A stretch of 64,000 bases of DNA from an uncultured Verrucomicrobiota bacterium (GTDB lineage: Bacteria; Verrucomicrobiota; Verrucomicrobiia; Limisphaerales; AAA164-E04): contig CAYFGX010000022.1 in assembly GCA_964342405.1 (NCBI GenBank), positions 12,411 to 76,410 on the forward strand. Direction: 5' to 3'. A program made the position numbers and the translations under genes. This document shows, in pieces, positions 60,108 through 64,000 of this stretch. The notes under the pieces are model-generated. The model saw nothing but the letters and a program-made list of their open reading frames with translations, was not told the DNA's origin and searched no databases. Position 1 is the stretch's first letter, and each line of letters begins with the position of its first letter.

Positions 60108-61760
60108 ATGGGTATTCTCCGAACAATCAGCGTCGGCCTGTCTCTCTTGAGCGTGACGACCGCGCTCCAAGGTGCTGGAGCCGAGTCGAGTTCACCTTGG
60201 TTCCAGTGGCATTTCGCCGGAACGCGGGCCGTCAAAGCCCACCCCAAGGCCGGCAAGGTCAAAGAGATCTGGCGGCTTCCCGAATCCAGAAGACTCAGCA
60301 CGAGCGTTGTGCAGGGTCTGGCTCAGGCAGCGGAAAAAGAAGCCTTCGGCGCCCAAGCTTCCGCCCCAACCGTTCGGCGACGAATCGCCACTCAGTTTGT
60401 CGAAGAGATTCTGACCTTCGAAAGCTACGGTGAAATCAACGGCGCCTCCAACCAGCACCCTAATCTCTCCATCGCTGTCAAACTCCCTAAAGCGCGTTAC
60501 GAGGAATGGGACCGAAACATTAAACGTTATCTGGGAACGCTCGGTTGGAAAGCCCCCGAACAAAACCCCGATAGTGAAACGCCGGACTGGACGGCAACGC
60601 ACAAGGACTCGGCCTTGCTTACGCGTTTCGTCAAACAAGGAGATTGGGTCTTCTTTTCCATCGGACCAGACGCCTACTCGAAAGTTCCAGCATGGATGGT
60701 CGGAAAAGAGGAAGACCAAATTCCAAGCCTCCAAGAAGATACCGTCCTCTCCCTATCGAGCCGGCTTGAGGGACTTGTCGAATGGCTCGCTGACACATCC
60801 CTCCCCATGCTTCCTGAATTCAAGGCTCACGCCAAGTTCGACGACTATGGCGTAAGAACCGAGGGCACTCTTGAGCTCAAACAACCCGTCGCAAAACCGC
60901 TCCCTGCGTGGAATCCACCAAAAGAGCAGATTTTCTCCCCGATTGTGGGTTTTAGTGGATCGCGAGGTCTCGAGAAGCTTATCGGCAGTTTCCCCGTCGC
61001 CGCACCTCTCCTTCAGCAAGGCCTTCCGGATCAGGTCTACTCGTGGGCGCGCCCCGCTCCCGTGAGTTCCAATGCTATTCCCGTCTTCCCGATTTATATG
61101 TCCTGGCCCATCGGCAAGGACAACATCTCCATCGCCAATCTCACGAAACAACTCCCTCTCCTCGCTGGCCCTGGAATTATGGAAAGCGGGAGTGTTCAAT
61201 TGCTCTCGTATCCTAATCGGAACGAAACAATTCTCAGCGTGACACCCACCTTTATTCAACCATTCGTCAAGGGAGCCACCAACGCCACTCACGGCGTTAG
61301 GATCGCAGGACTCTTTCCTCACGCGATCATGAAGAAATCCGCCCCGGAAGCCCTCTTCCAGCAACTCGATAGCCGCGAGAATGTTGTCTACTACCAATGG
61401 GAAATCACCCAACACAGAATCGAGAGCTACAAACCTTTGCTCAAACTGATTGCCTTCCTCTTCAACAAACCTCAAAGCAGCGCGAGCAGTCCAGGCTATC
61501 GATGGTTAACCGCAATCGAAAAGAAACTCGGAAACACAGTCACGATCGTGACGGCTCCTGAAACGACAAAACTCAAGTTCTTCAGAAAGTCCCACTTTGG
61601 ATTTACGGGCCTCGAGCTCACCCTCCTGTCAGAATGGCTGGCTTCCAGCTCGTTTCCATGGATCGACAAAAACCTTTTCGCCGAATGGAAGATGCGCAAT
61701 TTCTTCGCGCTACCGTCCGCTCCAGCGACCCCTTCAAGAAATGTTAAAACTCGGCGTTAA
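60108..61760 (+). CDS. Secreted hypothetical protein
   Basis: Long ORF with signal peptide; overlaps pdxJ by 20 nt. Confidence 0.75.
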   Translation: MGILRTISVGLSLLSVTTALQGAGAESSSPWFQWHFAGTRAVKAHPKAGKVKEIWRLPESRRLSTSVVQGLAQAAEKEAFGAQASAPTVRRRIATQFVEEILTFESYGEINGASNQHPNLSIAVKLPKARYEEWDRNIKRYLGTLGWKAPEQNPDSETPDWTATHKDSALLTRFVKQGDWVFFSIGPDAYSKVPAWMVGKEEDQIPSLQEDTVLSLSSRLEGLVEWLADTSLPMLPEFKAHAKFDDYGVRTEGTLELKQPVAKPLPAWNPPKEQIFSPIVGFSGSRGLEKLIGSFPVAAPLLQQGLPDQVYSWARPAPVSSNAIPVFPIYMSWPIGKDNISIANLTKQLPLLAGPGIMESGSVQLLSYPNRNETILSVTPTFIQPFVKGATNATHGVRIAGLFPHAIMKKSAPEALFQQLDSRENVVYYQWEITQHRIESYKPLLKLIAFLFNKPQSSASSPGYRWLTAIEKKLGNTVTIVTAPETTKLKFFRKSHFGFTGLELTLLSEWLASSSFPWIDKNLFAEWKMRNFFALPSAPATPSRNVKTRR

Positions 61761-62493
61761 TATCGACCACGTCGCCACGATTCGGCAGGCCCGCTACCGT
61801 GACTCCAAAGCCGGTGAGCCCGATCCTGTAGAAGCGGCCCTCGCATGCGAACGGGCAGGTGCGTTTGGCATCACCGCTCACTTGAGAGAAGATCGAAGAC
61901 ACATCCAAGATCACGATATCTGGAGACTGAAGGAGGCTATCAACATCCCGCTCAATTTTGAGATGGCCAGTACGCCGGAGATGATCGAAATCGCCATCAA
62001 ACTCCTCCCTAACTCCGTTTGTCTGGTCCCTGAAAAACGCGAAGAACTAACTACTGAAGGAGGGCTCGATGTCGCGGGCAATCTTTTTCATGTTACCGAA
62101 GCAACTAAGCGGCTCCAGGACTTGGGAATCGAAGTGAGTCTCTTTATTGACCCAGACCCAAAACAGATCGACGCTTCAGCCCAAGCAACAGCTCAAGCCA
62201 TTGAACTTCACACGGGCCCCTTCGCCGAAGCTTCCAGCGAGCCTTCAGGCGACAACCAGGAAGTGGATCGCTTGATCGACGTTGCCAAACAAGGTCACGA
62301 ACTGGGCATCAAAGTAAACGCCGGTCATGGACTGAACTACCTCAACACCCACCGGATGCATGAGGTTCCGCACCTTTGCGAACTCAACATTGGTCACAGC
62401 ATCGTGAGCCGAGCTATCTCCACCGGTATGGAAAAAGCCGTTACAGACATGCTCAAGCTCCTCGAACCGAGCGATTCGCAGGGTTCCGCTTAA
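61741..62493 (+). CDS. pdxJ: Pyridoxine 5'-phosphate synthase
   Basis: LGVNIDHVATIRQAR, HLREDRRHI, PEKREELTTEGGLD, ELHTG, NAGHGL and ELNIGHSI. Confidence 0.97.
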   Translation: MLKLGVNIDHVATIRQARYRDSKAGEPDPVEAALACERAGAFGITAHLREDRRHIQDHDIWRLKEAINIPLNFEMASTPEMIEIAIKLLPNSVCLVPEKREELTTEGGLDVAGNLFHVTEATKRLQDLGIEVSLFIDPDPKQIDASAQATAQAIELHTGPFAEASSEPSGDNQEVDRLIDVAKQGHELGIKVNAGHGLNYLNTHRMHEVPHLCELNIGHSIVSRAISTGMEKAVTDMLKLLEPSDSQGSA

Positions 62494-62527
62494 ACAGGAG
62501 TTTGACGACGTTCCTGAGCGGGGATCT

Positions 62528-63340
62528 CTAGATATTGACGCCCCCATCGGAGGCTCCTCCAGATCGTATCCCGAGGCGTTCGCGAAGCTCACCCATCTCC
62601 TTCATCATACCCTGACGAAAGAAGATGACATCAGCTTTGTGAATCAGGAGATTCGCTCCCATATCAACAAATCGCGCTTGCTCATCCATCGAGAACCAGG
62701 CGTGAATGCCGGCCCCTATTCCCCGCGAGCGTGCCTTCTGAAAGATCGTCTCGGCCGCCTTCAAAAAATCAGGATGCTCGTATTGCTCTGGAATTCCCAA
62801 ACTCGTCGTCAGATCGTGTGGACCGATCAGGACCGCATCGACTCCTTCAGTCTCTAGAATCTCGTCCAGAGCATCTATCGCAGGAACACTCTCCGTATTA
62901 AGTATCAAGATATTGCTTCCCGAATTGGCCCCGATGTAATCACCGAGTGCAGCGTCCAATGGCGCCCCCGAAAGCGTATCCGATAGTCTGCGCCCTTTAA
63001 GAGGCCGAAACTTTGTCGCGCCCCGCAACGCTTGCGCCGTCTCAGGGGTTTCAACATAAGGAGCAATCACGCCGGCCGCCCCATCATCCAAGGCCACCGT
63101 TGCCTGATTCGGATTCTGGTCCGTGATACGAACCAAGGGTGGAAGCCCCAACGCTGAGTAAGTGCGACACATCCAAGAAAGTCTCTCTCGATCGATGGCT
63201 ATGTGCTCCGTATCGATAAAAACAAAGTCGAGACCGCAGTCCTGAATGATCTTCGGCCAGAATGGCGATGTGGAAACCACAAGGGTTCCAATGACCGTCT
63301 CCCCACCCCGGAGGGCTGTCTGCAATTCCTTTCCCGTCAT
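62528..63340 (-). CDS. HpcH/HpaI aldolase family protein
   Basis: DFVFIDTEH, ALDDGAAGVIAP and IGPHDLTTSLG. Confidence 0.9.
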   Translation of the reverse strand: MTGKELQTALRGGETVIGTLVVSTSPFWPKIIQDCGLDFVFIDTEHIAIDRERLSWMCRTYSALGLPPLVRITDQNPNQATVALDDGAAGVIAPYVETPETAQALRGATKFRPLKGRRLSDTLSGAPLDAALGDYIGANSGSNILILNTESVPAIDALDEILETEGVDAVLIGPHDLTTSLGIPEQYEHPDFLKAAETIFQKARSRGIGAGIHAWFSMDEQARFVDMGANLLIHKADVIFFRQGMMKEMGELRERLGIRSGGASDGGVNI

Positions 63341-64000
63341 CTTTCTCGATTCTTTATTTCAACCACGCGTCCAGTCTCACTCGACTCAATCGCCCCCAAG
63401 ACAGTGGCCGTGATGTTTCTTGCTCCCAGCGCGTCCAATACCGGTGATGTCTGCCCTTCGATCGACCGAGCGAACTCTTCCATGAGTAAGAAGTTATTCT
63501 GGTCGCCTACCCTCCGGTGTTTAAACTCCTTGGGATCTTGCCCCTGGTAGTAGACGCTCACTTCAGGGCGCGCCTCGGTGACAACCATGGCACCTTCTGA
63601 TCCGATCAGGTGTAGCTTAATCTCTCCGATATCTGGATGAGCCGCCGCTCCAATTCTCCCGATACACAAAGAACCCGTGAGACCACCAGACAACTCCAGA
63701 GTCACACTGGCCAAGTCCTCGACTTCGTTGTCTACGTGAGCCTGATGAAAGTGAGCCGCCGTCCGAGCATAGACCCGATCCACACACGCACCGGTCAGCA
63801 TGTGGATGTATCCGAGTGGATAGATGCCCTCGACCTGAAGCTCGCCCATCGCCTCCACCCCAACCCCTCCGTCAGACCCATCGGCATGAGCTTCAATCTG
63901 CCTCTGCAGCCAATTAATCGGAGGATCACCGGGGCCTCTGCTTCCCTTCTTGGGGCCAGCATCTTTCGAGAAGTAGAAATCGCAATGAATTGAATGAAGA
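63337..64000 (-). CDS. Gfo/Idh/MocA oxidoreductase, C-terminal part (runs off the window)
   Basis: Frame open to the window edge; GELQVEGIYPL, VEDLASV, LIGSEG and GAIESSETGRVV; ATGA overlap with the aldolase. Confidence 0.72.
   Translation of the reverse strand, partial: LHSIHCDFYFSKDAGPKKGSRGPGDPPINWLQRQIEAHADGSDGGVGVEAMGELQVEGIYPLGYIHMLTGACVDRVYARTAAHFHQAHVDNEVEDLASVTLELSGGLTGSLCIGRIGAAAHPDIGEIKLHLIGSEGAMVVTEARPEVSVYYQGQDPKEFKHRRVGDQNNFLLMEEFARSIEGQTSPVLDALGARNITATVLGAIESSETGRVVEIKNRER

Noticed and set aside
1-64000. CRISPR array, tRNA or rRNA genes
   Set aside because: I saw no regularly spaced repeat-spacer series or recognisable structural RNA. The repeats found are dispersed REP-like pairs. 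A covariance-model scan was not possible.

Overview
This 64-kb window looks like a PVC-superphylum bacterium, most likely Verrucomicrobiota. The inference rests on sulfatases, ECF/Ser-Thr kinase modules, three DUF1592-DUF1552 pairs, a DUF1549/1553-DUF1501 pair and HEAT-repeat proteins. I saw no rRNA, tRNA or CRISPR array. The left half is an accessory mosaic: a kinase-ECF-kinase triad, five or six toxin-antitoxin loci (several with damaged toxins), internally deleted pseudogenes, and a REP-associated tyrosine transposase (RAYT) with GTAG-type REP doublets. Diverged copies of one REP unit bracket an ATPase-wHTH-nuclease gene. A lower-GC Gtr-type glycosylation island with IS relics lies at about 33.9-40.7 kb. 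The right end carries pdxJ and sugar-acid catabolic genes. Many genes have a sigma70 promoter whose predicted start site falls on the start codon (leaderless); the RAYT shows this layout with ATT where ATG would be expected. All product calls come from motif recognition by eye, not from database searches.
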